Positions 18,108 through 26,562 of a DNA stretch of 64,000 nt are shown here, in pieces (position 1 is the first letter of the stretch; every line of letters begins with the position of its first letter). This stretch comes from an uncultured bacterium (lineage in GTDB: Bacteria > Chlamydiota > Chlamydiia > Chlamydiales > SM23-39): assembly GCA_963716985.1 (NCBI GenBank), contig OY970323.1, positions 497,942 through 561,941 on the forward strand, in the 5' to 3' direction. Below the pieces are notes generated by a model that made no database searches, was not told where the DNA came from, and saw only the letters and a program-made list of their open reading frames with translations. The translations under genes were made by a program, and so were the position numbers.

Positions 18108-18430
18108 GTCTGCCTGCAAACGCCCGCCTGTTTTTGTGTCGCGCGCCTGTCAGTATGCGCAAGAGCTTTGAAGGTCTGAGCATTCTCGTCGAACAATTGT
18201 TCCCCGGAGAGCTCTTGTCCGGAGCTCTTTTTATTTTTCTAAGCCGACGCAAGGATCATATGAAGGTTCTCTACTGGGATGGTGATGGGTTTGTCATTTT
18301 TTATAAGCGCTTGGAAAAAGGTTCTTTTATTCCTCGGGAAGGAATGACATCAACGCTGCCAAGACGTGAGTTTTTGATGCTTTTGGAAGGAGTCGTTCCT
18401 AAACGATTACAACCTCGGTTTTCTCTATGA
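18101..18430 (+). CDS. tnpB: IS66 TnpB
   Basis: Identical protein to 3317-3646. Confidence 0.8.
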   Translation: MLSLPANARLFLCRAPVSMRKSFEGLSILVEQLFPGELLSGALFIFLSRRKDHMKVLYWDGDGFVIFYKRLEKGSFIPREGMTSTLPRREFLMLLEGVVPKRLQPRFSL

Positions 18431-18496
18431 AAATAATTCGACTTTTCGTGCATTTTTCTCTTCTTTTTTTAAAGGGTTTTTGCTATCATTTTCTCT

Positions 18497-20035
18497 ATGA
18501 AAACAACACAAATTCTAGATCCTGCACAACTTCAAAACCAGATCGAAATTCTGCGAGTTGAAAATCTCGATTTACACAATACAGTGGCTTATCTCACACA
18601 ACAACTCGACTGGTTCAAGCGCCAAATCTTCGGTAAAAAATCAGAGCGCATTATCTCAGATCTCAATGGAGAACAGCTACTGCTTGAAGGTCTCGATGCA
18701 AAAGATCTGCAGAGCAAAGAAGAAACTCAAACAGTCCCTGCTCATCAACGTCGTAAACCTAAGCGCAATGGCCAAGATGCGATCACTTTGGATCCCAACC
18801 TTCCCGTTAAAACCATTGTTCTCGATGTTCCCGAAGAGCAAAAAGTCTGTCAGGAAACAGGAACTCCTCTCGTCAAGATCGGTGAAGAGGTTACTCACAA
18901 ATTAGCTCACGAGCCGGGGAGCTATTATATCAAAGAAACCATCCGTCCCAAATATGCCCATCCTCAAAAACCTGAAGACGGCGTTCTGACAGCCTTGTTA
19001 CCCGACAGCATCCTCTCTAAATGCCAAGCTGATGACAGTCTTCTCGCAGAAATTGTTACCCAAAAATTCGTTGATCATCTCCCTCTGTATCGCATCACCG
19101 AAATACTGGGTCGTCAAGGGGTTGGCATCAGCCGTAAGCTTCTCTCCCAATGGGTGATTCGCTGCGGTATGGCTCTCAAACCCCTCTATGAAGTCATGGT
19201 TTGCCAGATTCTTGAGAGCGAAAATGTTTTCATCGATGAAAGCCCAGTCAAATTACAAGCAAAAGACCAGTGCGATACAGCCTATATGTGGGTGATTGTC
19301 GGAGGAATCTCTTCAAATCCTGCCTACAGGGTCTATGATTTTCGAACGAACCGCCGTCATGAGAACGTCCTCGATATTCTTCAGGGATATCGCGGGTTTT
19401 TGCACTCAGATAAATATGGCGCCTACCAACGGTTGGCCGAGAAGAAGGTGATCACATGGTGTCCTTGTTGGAGCCATATTCGAAGAAAATTCTTCGATGC
19501 TGAATCGGGAGATTTACCATTTCGCGATTGGGTTCTTCGAAAAATCCGATATCTCTTCATGTTGGAGAAAGTCGCCTGGGCCCGGACATCTGAAGAGCGC
19601 CTGCAGATCCGCCAAGAAAAAGAAATTCCAATTATCGATGAGTTGATCGAGAAGATCAAAACACGACTTATGGACGGGAAGCTCTTGCCCAAATCAAAAT
19701 TTCGCGAGGCGCTTGGGTATTTTTGCGGCCTGATTCCCTATTTAAAAAATTACACCAAGCACGCTTTTGCTCGTCTTGATAATAATGTAGCCGAAAGGGC
19801 CGTTCGTCCTCTCGCTATTGGCCGAAAAAACTGGCTCTTTTTCGGGAGTGAAGATGGCGGCGAAGCCGCTGCAATTTTACTCTCATTAGTACAAACTTGC
19901 CGAGGGTTGCAGATAAATCCAAGAGAATATCTAGAAGATGTGTTCCGGAGACTGATGGGGCACGCCGCTCAGAAGCTCGAGGAACTCTTGCCTGATCGGT
20001 GGTTTGCCGCTCGTCAACAGTCGAAAAAGCAATAG
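18497..20035 (+). CDS. tnpC: IS66 TnpC transposase
   Basis: 512 aa, with one substitution (P->S) relative to copy a. Confidence 0.9.
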   Translation: MKTTQILDPAQLQNQIEILRVENLDLHNTVAYLTQQLDWFKRQIFGKKSERIISDLNGEQLLLEGLDAKDLQSKEETQTVPAHQRRKPKRNGQDAITLDPNLPVKTIVLDVPEEQKVCQETGTPLVKIGEEVTHKLAHEPGSYYIKETIRPKYAHPQKPEDGVLTALLPDSILSKCQADDSLLAEIVTQKFVDHLPLYRITEILGRQGVGISRKLLSQWVIRCGMALKPLYEVMVCQILESENVFIDESPVKLQAKDQCDTAYMWVIVGGISSNPAYRVYDFRTNRRHENVLDILQGYRGFLHSDKYGAYQRLAEKKVITWCPCWSHIRRKFFDAESGDLPFRDWVLRKIRYLFMLEKVAWARTSEERLQIRQEKEIPIIDELIEKIKTRLMDGKLLPKSKFREALGYFCGLIPYLKNYTKHAFARLDNNVAERAVRPLAIGRKNWLFFGSEDGGEAAAILLSLVQTCRGLQINPREYLEDVFRRLMGHAAQKLEELLPDRWFAARQQSKKQ

Positions 20036-20097
20036 CTGATCTTCAATGATCAGCTATTGGCTCTATTCATCTTTTCGATCCTGGCTTTTCACAACTA

Positions 20098-20442
20098 CTA
20101 ACATTGGGTTTTTCGCAGTGCTGATAAGCAATTTTTCAAGATGGCAAGATCGAAGCATTCATCGAGATGAATGCGAACGCCCCGATATTCGATGGAGACT
20201 CCGGGTGTCGTAGGTGCATTAGGTTTCTTGCAAGACGATCGGCGTATCGAAGTTTTTGAGGAAAGGCAATCTTTCCAATAAACAAATGTACTATGAGCAA
20301 TTTGATGTTTTCGACACCAGCTTGTAGCATTAAGACCGCTGTTTCTTTGTTGGCGAATGTTTTCTGTCCATTCGGCTAGTTTTTCTGATGAAATAGGTTC
20401 GAACATAGAGACTCCTTGGTTTAAAAAGACAAAGAGTGCCAT
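20098..20442 (-). CDS. Inward-facing TnpA-like paralog of IS66 copy b
   Basis: Identical to 5314-5658. Confidence 0.65.
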   Translation of the reverse strand: MALFVFLNQGVSMFEPISSEKLAEWTENIRQQRNSGLNATSWCRKHQIAHSTFVYWKDCLSSKTSIRRSSCKKPNAPTTPGVSIEYRGVRIHLDECFDLAILKNCLSALRKTQC

Positions 20443-20885
20443 GACTCAGAAATAGGAAAAAGATGGGTAGATTAGACGGTTACATATGCGCATAACGCTT
20501 TTGACCTGAAAGTACAGCTAACAAAAGTGTTCCTAAAACATCCGTCTTTGATGGTGCATTAGGGCTGCTGTAATATAGAGGGCAATCACTTACCCATGGA
20601 GCAAATAAATTACACGTTTTTAGAAATTGTGAAAAAAACACCAGTTGACCAATCGGCGTAACGGGACTTTGGTTATCCCACTCAACGTGGACTAATCCCG
20701 CGAAAGTGTCGCAGTGAATACCTTGAGGTGGTTCTTGAAATTTTGGGGCATTCAATTCACAATTTGATAGCTCACCCAAATGGTGACTGATGGCTGGGAA
20801 AGAATTATCTTCCATAACGTCCTTAGAGTTCAGAAATTATGGCAAAAAACTATATCAGAATCTGATTTTAACTGCCGTTTTTAGG

Positions 20886-21080
20886 ATAAAGAAATTTATC
20901 GAAAAGAAACTCAAACTCAAGGTCAATGAAGAAAAGAGCAAAACCAGAAAATCGAAAGAAGTAAAATTTCTAGGCATGACGATCATCGAAGGAACAATAA
21001 CCATCGCCAAAGCCGCTTATGATAAGGCAATGGAGAAGGTGAGAAGTATGATTCCTAGAGGATCCCACCTACCCATTGAG
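20886..21080 (+). pseudogene. Group II intron reverse transcriptase fragment (end of the RT domain)
   Basis: It is in frame with 23988-24350 once IS66 copy c and one CCATTGAG repeat are removed (...HLPIE|KAMKEVNTWYQGW...). Confidence 0.7.
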
Positions 21081-21121
21081 GTAACCGTCTAATCTACCCA
21101 TCTTTTTCCTATTTCTGAGTC

Positions 21122-21466
21122 ATGGCACTCTTTGTCTTTTTAAACCAAGGAGTCTCTATGTTCGAACCTATTTCATCAGAAAAACTAGCCGAATGGACAG
21201 AAAACATTCGCCAACAAAGAAACAGCGGTCTTAATGCTACAAGCTGGTGTCGAAAACATCAAATTGCTCATAGTACATTTGTTTATTGGAAAGATTGCCT
21301 TTCCTCAAAAACTTCGATACGCCGATCGTCTTGCAAGAAACCTAATGCACCTACGACACCCGGAGTCTCCATCGAATATCGGGGCGTTCGCATTCATCTC
21401 GATGAATGCTTCGATCTTGCCATCTTGAAAAATTGCTTATCAGCACTGCGAAAAACCCAATGTTAG
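21122..21466 (+). CDS. Inward-facing TnpA-like paralog of IS66 copy c
   Basis: Identical to 5314-5658. Confidence 0.65.
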   Translation: MALFVFLNQGVSMFEPISSEKLAEWTENIRQQRNSGLNATSWCRKHQIAHSTFVYWKDCLSSKTSIRRSSCKKPNAPTTPGVSIEYRGVRIHLDECFDLAILKNCLSALRKTQC

Positions 21467-21528
21467 TAGTTGTGAAAAGCCAGGATTGAAAAGATGAATA
21501 GAGCCAATAGCTGATCATTGAAGATCAG

Positions 21529-23199
21529 CTATTGCTTTTTCGACTGTTGACGAGCGGCAAACCATCGATCAGGCAAGAGTTCCTCGAGCTTCTGAGCGGC
21601 GTGCCCTATCAGTCTCCGGAACACATCTTCTAGATATTCTCTTGGATTTATCTGCAACCCTCGGCAAGTTTGTACTAATGAGAGTAAAATTGCAGCGGCT
21701 TCGCCGCCATCTTCACTCCCGAAAAAGAGCCAGTTTTTTCGGCCAATAGCGAGAGGACGAACGGCCCTTTCGGCTACATTATTATCAAGACGAGCAAAAG
21801 CGTGCTTGGTGTAATTTTTTAAATAGGGAATCAGGCCGCAAAAATACCCAAGCGCCTCGCGAAATTTTGATTTGGGCAAGAGCTTCCCGTCCATAAGTCG
21901 TGTTTTGATCTTCTCGATCAACTCATCGATAATTGGAATTTCTTTTTCTTGGCGGATCTGCAGGCGCTCTTCAGGTGTCCGGGCCCAGGCGACTTTCTCC
22001 AACATGAAGAGATATCGGATTTTTCGAAGAACCCAATCGCGAAATGGTAAATCTCCCGATTCAGCATCGAAGAATTTTCTTCGAATATGGCTCCAACAAG
22101 GACACCATGTGATCACCTTCTTCTCGGCCAACCGTTGGTAGGCGCCATATTTATCTGAGTGCAAAAACCCGCGATATCCCTGAAGAATATCGAGGACGTT
22201 CTCATGACGGCGGTTCGTTCGAAAATCATAGACCCTGTAGGCAGGATTTGAAGAGATTCCTCCGACAATCACCCACATATAGGCTGTATCGCACTGGTCT
22301 TTTGCTTGTAATTTGACTGGGCTTTCATCGATGAAAACATTTTCGCTCTCAAGAATCTGGCAAACCATGACTTCATAGAGGGGTTTGAGAGCCATACCGC
22401 AGCGAATCACCCATTGGGAGAGAAGCTTACGGCTGATGCCAACCCCTTGACGACCCAGTATTTCGGTGATGCGATACAGAGGGAGATGATGGCCTTGTTC
22501 ACTTCGAGAGGGAAAACTTTCGATCAGTGGATGGCACAAGTTAGCAAAGTCGCCCTCATCATTGAAAAACAAAGTCAGTCGCATTAACAACTGACCGAAG
22601 AAGTGAACATGGCCGAGATGATCAACGAATTTTTGGGTAACAATTTCTGCGAGAAGACTGTCATCAGCTTGGCATTTAGAGAGTATGCTGTCGGGTAACA
22701 AGGCTGTCAGAACGCCGTCTTCAGGTTTTTGAGGGTGGGCATATTTGGGACGGATGGTTTCTTTGATATAATAGCTCCCCGGCTCGTGAGCTAATTTGTG
22801 AGTAATCTCTTCACCGATCTTGACGAGAGGAGTTCCTGTTTCCTGACAGACTTTTTGCTCTTCGGGAACATCGAGAACAATGGTTTTAACGGGAAGGTTG
22901 GGATCCAAAGTGATCGCATCTTGGCCATTGCGCTTAGGTTTACGACGTTGATGAGCAGGGACTGTTTGAGTTTCTTCTTTGCTCTGCAGATCTTTTGCAT
23001 CGAGACCTTCAAGCAGTAGCTGTTCTCCATTGAGATCTGAGATAATGCGCTCTGATTTTTTACCGAAGATTTGGCGCTTGAACCAGTCGAGTTGTTGTGT
23101 GAGATAAGCCACTGTATTGCACAAATCGAGATTTTCAACTCGCAGAATTTCGATCTGGTTTTGAAGTTGTGCAGGATCTAGAATTTGTGTTGTTTTCAT
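21529..23199 (-). CDS. tnpC: IS66 TnpC carrying an in-frame 44-aa insertion (556 aa); probably non-functional
   Basis: It is identical to the 512-aa TnpC except for ...QKFVDHL[GHVHFFGQLLMRLTLFFNDEGDFANLCHPLIESFPSRSEQGHH]LPLYRITEILG and a few substitutions. Confidence 0.7.
   Translation of the reverse strand: MKTTQILDPAQLQNQIEILRVENLDLCNTVAYLTQQLDWFKRQIFGKKSERIISDLNGEQLLLEGLDAKDLQSKEETQTVPAHQRRKPKRNGQDAITLDPNLPVKTIVLDVPEEQKVCQETGTPLVKIGEEITHKLAHEPGSYYIKETIRPKYAHPQKPEDGVLTALLPDSILSKCQADDSLLAEIVTQKFVDHLGHVHFFGQLLMRLTLFFNDEGDFANLCHPLIESFPSRSEQGHHLPLYRITEILGRQGVGISRKLLSQWVIRCGMALKPLYEVMVCQILESENVFIDESPVKLQAKDQCDTAYMWVIVGGISSNPAYRVYDFRTNRRHENVLDILQGYRGFLHSDKYGAYQRLAEKKVITWCPCWSHIRRKFFDAESGDLPFRDWVLRKIRYLFMLEKVAWARTPEERLQIRQEKEIPIIDELIEKIKTRLMDGKLLPKSKFREALGYFCGLIPYLKNYTKHAFARLDNNVAERAVRPLAIGRKNWLFFGSEDGGEAAAILLSLVQTCRGLQINPREYLEDVFRRLIGHAAQKLEELLPDRWFAARQQSKKQ
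22491..22614. mobile_element. MITE-B: 124-bp element inside tnpC
   Basis: The terminal inverted repeats are GGCCTTGTTCACTTC and GAAGTGAACATGGCC. An 8-bp direct repeat GAGATGAT lies at 22483-22490 and 22615-22622. The element is absent from the same site in copies a and b. Confidence 0.8.
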
Positions 23200-23265
23200 A
23201 GAGAAAATGATAGCAAAAACCCTTTAAAAAAAGAAGAGAAAAATGCACGAAAAGTCGAATTATTT

Positions 23266-23595
23266 TCATAGAGAAAACCGAGGTTGTAATCGTTTAGGAA
23301 CGACTCCTTCCAAAAGCATCAAAAATTCACGTCTTGGCAGCGTTGATGTCATTCCTTCCCGAGGAATAAAAGAACCTTTTTCCAAGCGCTTATAAAAAAT
23401 GACAAACCCATCACCATCCCAGTAGAGAACCTTCATATGATCCTTGCGTCGGCTTAGAAAAATAAAAAGAGCTCCGGACAAGAGCTCTCCGGGGAACAAT
23501 TGTTCGACGAGAATGCTCAGACCTTCAAAGCTCTTGCGCATACTGACAGGCGCGCGACACAAAAACAGGCGGGCGTTTGCAGGCAGACTTAGCAT
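23266..23595 (-). CDS. tnpB: IS66 TnpB
   Basis: Identical protein to 3317-3646. Confidence 0.8.
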   Translation of the reverse strand: MLSLPANARLFLCRAPVSMRKSFEGLSILVEQLFPGELLSGALFIFLSRRKDHMKVLYWDGDGFVIFYKRLEKGSFIPREGMTSTLPRREFLMLLEGVVPKRLQPRFSL

Positions 23596-23903
23596 GGCAG
23601 TGCCTTGAGAACTTGTAGACATTGAGCCAAAACGACTGGGTCGAATGATTTTAATAGAACAACTTTCATTCCCTGACATTCGATAGCAACGCCTGGGTCC
23701 GTCTTAGTTTCTTCATAGAGCTCTTGAAAAGAGTCGCGTGTTATCTGAGATTTTTCAGGGAAGCGCTTATCCCAATACAGGAAAGAATTGTAATTTACCT
23801 GCTGCTCACGACACCAACGCGCCATGCTTAATCCGCTAATTCGTTGCGTTTGCACTTTTTCTTGCCAGATGCGTCTTTTTTCTTCTGGGAACGGTCTTGG
23901 CAT
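23589..23903 (-). CDS. tnpA: IS66 TnpA
   Basis: Identical protein to 3009-3323. Confidence 0.8.
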   Translation of the reverse strand: MPRPFPEEKRRIWQEKVQTQRISGLSMARWCREQQVNYNSFLYWDKRFPEKSQITRDSFQELYEETKTDPGVAIECQGMKVVLLKSFDPVVLAQCLQVLKALPC

Positions 23904-23987
23904 AACACTCCTTTGGTTAAGAAAAACCAGAGTGCCATGACGAAGGAAAACAAAAAAGATGGCTAGATTAGACGCTTACCCATTGAG

Positions 23988-24350
23988 AAAGCCATGAAAG
24001 AAGTAAACACATGGTATCAGGGATGGGCATCTTACTTCAAGATGACCCAATACCCTTCTCAACTGAGGGGGATAGAGGCTCATATCAGGAGAAGATTTAG
24101 AGCCCGAATCATTTATCAGCAAAAGAAGAAAAGAAATCTTCTTTCGTTGCTGCTGAAAAGAGGAATAGAGAAGAAAAGGGCAGGTAAAACGGTATACTCC
24201 AACCGAGGCACTTGGAATCTGTCTCATACAGCAGTCCTAGATAAAGCTTTTTCGGTAAGATGGTTTATAGAACAAGCAGGACAAATAATAATTTCCAACG
24301 TAACAATGAGACATTGGTTCGAGATTGAGAAATGGGTAAAATTAACATGA
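23988..24350 (+). pseudogene. Group II intron maturase (X/thumb) C-terminal fragment
   Basis: KAMKEVNTWYQGWASYFKMTQYPSQLRGIEAHIRRRFRARIIYQQKKKRN... has the typical maturase pattern (xxxxGWxxYF). Confidence 0.7.
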
Positions 24351-24424
24351 AGAGCCGTGTACGGACCCGTACGCACGGTTCTGTGAGAGGACGGAGCCCA
24401 AAGAGGGCTCCTCCTACTCGGCTG
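24351..24424 (+). ncRNA. Group II intron domains V and VI
   Basis: DV (24352-24381) has the lower stem GAGCCGTG/CACGGTTC with the AGC triad, a 2-nt bulge CG, the upper stem TACG/CGTA and the loop GACC. DVI has the stem GGAGCCC/GGGCTCC (24393-24411) on a basal helix GAGAGG/CCT-A-CTC with a bulged A at 24416 (branch-point position). Confidence 0.75.
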
Positions 24425-25064
24425 TTTAACCGTTCACCAAAGGTGCAGTATGCAACACACTCCTTGTCGAGAGCTCGCCCTCGGCCATCCATACTGAAGC
24501 GAATGCCTTTGCTTAGAACTGCATTGACGAACTCTCGTGAGGAAAATTGAGCCCCCTGATCGGTATTGAAAATCTCTGGCCGTCCGTGCTTCTCGTTGCC
24601 TCCTCGAACGCCTCTATGCAAAAAGTGCCTTCCAGGCTGTTCGAAAGCCGGTGTGCTAAAACAAGGCGACTGAACCAATCGATCACTGCCGTAAGATAGA
24701 CAAACCCGTCGGGCAACCGAATGTATGTAATATCGGTACTCCAGACCTGCAGAGGTTCGGAGATATCGAGATCCCGAAGCAAGTAGGGAAACTTGGGTTG
24801 CTCCGGGTGGCTCTTGGAGGTGTTGGGGCCGGGCTGTTGGCCCACCAAGCCAATTTCTCGCATTATCCCTTGAATGCGTTTTCGGGTGACCATTTTCCCT
24901 TCCCGCCGCAGTATTGCAGTAATGCTTCGAGAACCTCGATGGGGCCTTTCTGTATAAAGCTCGTCCACGAGTCTCATGAGGTGCAGATCTTCCGGGCTGC
25001 GGGGAATTGGTTGGTAGTAATAGCTCGAACGTACCAATCCTATAAGATTGCATTGAGCTACCAC
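24425..25064 (-). pseudogene. IS3 family OrfB (integrase core), frameshifted and 3'-truncated
   Basis: LQVWSTDITYIRLPDGFVYLTAVIDWFSRLVLAHRLS is in one frame. RPEIFNTDQGAQFSSREFVNAVLSKGIRFSMDGRGRALD is in another. Confidence 0.75.
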
Positions 25065-25108
25065 CGAAAGTTGTTTGTGTCTGTCTTCTATCCACTGCCT
25101 TTTTTCCT

Positions 25109-25390
25109 CTATCGAGAGATCCCTAGTTTTTTTTTGAGATAATCCAACTCAACGGTCAATTGACCTATCTTCCTCTCCAGGTCTTCTCGTTCAACCGGTT
25201 CTCGCTGCCGTTTTGATCCTTTGCGTTCAAAAATTGTCTCTGCACCATCGAAAAGCTCCCGTTTCCACCGACTAATTTGCATCGGATGTACGCCATGCTC
25301 GCTTGCAAGTTGTGCGAGAGTTTTATCTTCCCTCAATGCATCCAGAGCAACCCTTTTCTTGAATGCTGCTGTCCTCGGTGGTCTTGCCAT
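25109..25390 (-). CDS. IS3 family OrfA (HTH)
   Basis: MARPPRTAAFKKRVALDALREDKTLAQLASEHGVHPMQISRWKRELFDGAE..., with a leucine-zipper-like tail. Confidence 0.8.
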   Translation of the reverse strand: MARPPRTAAFKKRVALDALREDKTLAQLASEHGVHPMQISRWKRELFDGAETIFERKGSKRQREPVEREDLERKIGQLTVELDYLKKKLGISR

Positions 25391-25521
25391 TTTTTATCTC
25401 CTTGCTTAGTAGTTTACGTTGCAAGAAGTAAATAAATCTACCTGTCCAGTTTTTGGGATCCACTATAGTATGTGAACAAGGTCCTCTTCACGCTAGAAAT
25501 TAAAACGCTAGACGATCCATT

Positions 25522-26562
25522 TCAATCAGCTGGACTGACCCTTGAGATTTCATTCACAGTTTTTTTGGAAAGGTCATTATTATTTGAGTCCAATTTAGAT
25601 TTTTCCGCTGTTATTAGGTAATAGTCTATAAGCCCTCTTCGATACCCCTTATACCAATTTCTAGTCCAGCTTTCCTTGAAATCTCCTTGAGCTGTCCATT
25701 GATCAAATCCATACCAAACATTTTTTCCTATGCTTTCAATTATTACGTTTTTGAACCCATTCGCTTTTAAAATTTCTTCAAGCTTGTAAATAGACGTAGC
25801 TTTATCTATTCCGCGTTTAATTGTTTGGATCATAGCAGAGAGAGAGTCATGGGATTTATCCGAGGTGCCAAAAAAACCAGCTATTGCCAATCTTCCCCCC
25901 GGCTTAAGAACTCGACTAGCTTCTTTAGCAAACTTCTCTAAACTCTCGAAATGCTGAGCAGCTTCTACCGAAAAAATTTTTTCAAAACTATTTGAAGCAT
26001 AGGGGATATTTTCAGCAGATCCTTCTTGAAAAAAAATTTTATTCTGATTTTTCTGAATTGCTTCTGAATTTATTTTTTTAGCTCTTGAAATTTGAGCTTT
26101 AGAAATGTCTATTCCATGCATTTCTTTAGGATTGAATTCCTTCAGGACCAATACGCTTCCCACGCCCTGACCGCAAGCAATTTCGAGCAATTTTTCTCCT
26201 TCAATTACTTTTAATTTTTTAACAACTTTGCGATATAAATTTTTTTCACTTTCTATCCTTTGATCAACACTAATCATACCTTCTTTCACCGGCAGTTCCC
26301 AGAACCCAAAATTAATGAAATTACCAGCGAAAAGACTACAGGCGCTAAGATCATCATGATCGTACATTTCCGCAACACTTCGCTCTTCTCTTCCCTTAAA
26401 TTGTGTTGTAGTTATGGACGGGAAATAGAACAAGTAGGCTATCGTAGCTAACGACAGGGATAAAGCCACTCCACAAAAAATTTTCAGATATTTTTTAACT
26501 AGCACTCTGCTACCAGAGACAACAACTTTATCTGCTATTTCAACATTACTCTCGCTAGGCAT
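25522..26562 (-). CDS. Class I SAM-dependent methyltransferase with an N-terminal TM helix
   Basis: LLEIACGQGVGSVLVLKEFNPKEMHGIDIS, LKPGGRLAIAGFF and an N-terminal hydrophobic segment FCGVALSLSLATIAYLFYF. Confidence 0.75.
   Translation of the reverse strand: MPSESNVEIADKVVVSGSRVLVKKYLKIFCGVALSLSLATIAYLFYFPSITTTQFKGREERSVAEMYDHDDLSACSLFAGNFINFGFWELPVKEGMISVDQRIESEKNLYRKVVKKLKVIEGEKLLEIACGQGVGSVLVLKEFNPKEMHGIDISKAQISRAKKINSEAIQKNQNKIFFQEGSAENIPYASNSFEKIFSVEAAQHFESLEKFAKEASRVLKPGGRLAIAGFFGTSDKSHDSLSAMIQTIKRGIDKATSIYKLEEILKANGFKNVIIESIGKNVWYGFDQWTAQGDFKESWTRNWYKGYRRGLIDYYLITAEKSKLDSNNNDLSKKTVNEISRVSPAD

Larger units (their letters stand above)
17717..20483 (+). mobile_element. IS66-family element, copy b (2767 bp)
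   Basis: It has the same ends as copy a. An 8-bp direct repeat ATATGCGC lies at 17709-17716 and 20484-20491. Confidence 0.9.
17330..20885 (-). mobile_element. IS1380-like element remnant: 3' side truncated by IS701-like copy 4, body split by IS66 copy b
   Basis: The transposase pieces are MEDNSFPAISHH...SGQKRYAH (20492-20815) and ITSIRQDAV...LDVDTTVKPLYGHQEGAEICYNPSKHGRPAHVIHTY... (17330-17716). The terminal sequence is CCTAAAAACGGCAGTT (revcomp of 20870-20885). Confidence 0.65.
21081..23979 (-). mobile_element. IS66-family element, copy c (2899 bp = 2767 + 132-bp MITE insertion)
   Basis: The ends are GTAACCGTCTAATCTACCC... and ...GGCTAGATTAGACGCTTAC. An 8-bp direct repeat CCATTGAG lies at 21073-21080 and 23980-23987. 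Confidence 0.9.
20886..24424 (+). mobile_element. Group II intron 3' remnant: RT/maturase ORF tail plus domains V-VI. The 5' side is cut by the IS1380-like element and the body is split by IS66 copy c
   Basis: The RT-like fragment is KKFIEKKLKLKVNEEKSKTRKSKEVKFLGMTI... The maturase-like part is EVNTWYQGWASYFKMTQ...IRRRFRARI... A canonical domain V follows immediately after the stop. Confidence 0.75.
24425..25462 (-). mobile_element. IS3-family element remnant: left end intact, orfB decayed and truncated at the group II intron junction
   Basis: The terminal sequence is TGGATCCCAAAAACTGGACAGG (revcomp of 25441-25462). An A9 slippery run lies at 25128-25136 at the orfA/orfB junction. Confidence 0.7.

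Noticed and set aside
20790-21092. 100-aa ORF listed in the track
   Set aside because: It starts inside the IS1380-like leader, runs through the IS terminal repeat into the group II intron RT fragment, and ends in the IS66 terminus. I annotated it as junction debris (RT pseudogene fragment 20886-21080).
24265-25095. 276-aa minus-strand ORF spanning the IS3 remnant and the group II intron tail
   Set aside because: This is a chimeric read-through. One part is the out-of-frame half of the frameshifted IS3 orfB (…RPEIFNTDQGAQFSSREF…). The rest is antisense to intron domains V/VI and the maturase. It is not a real gene.
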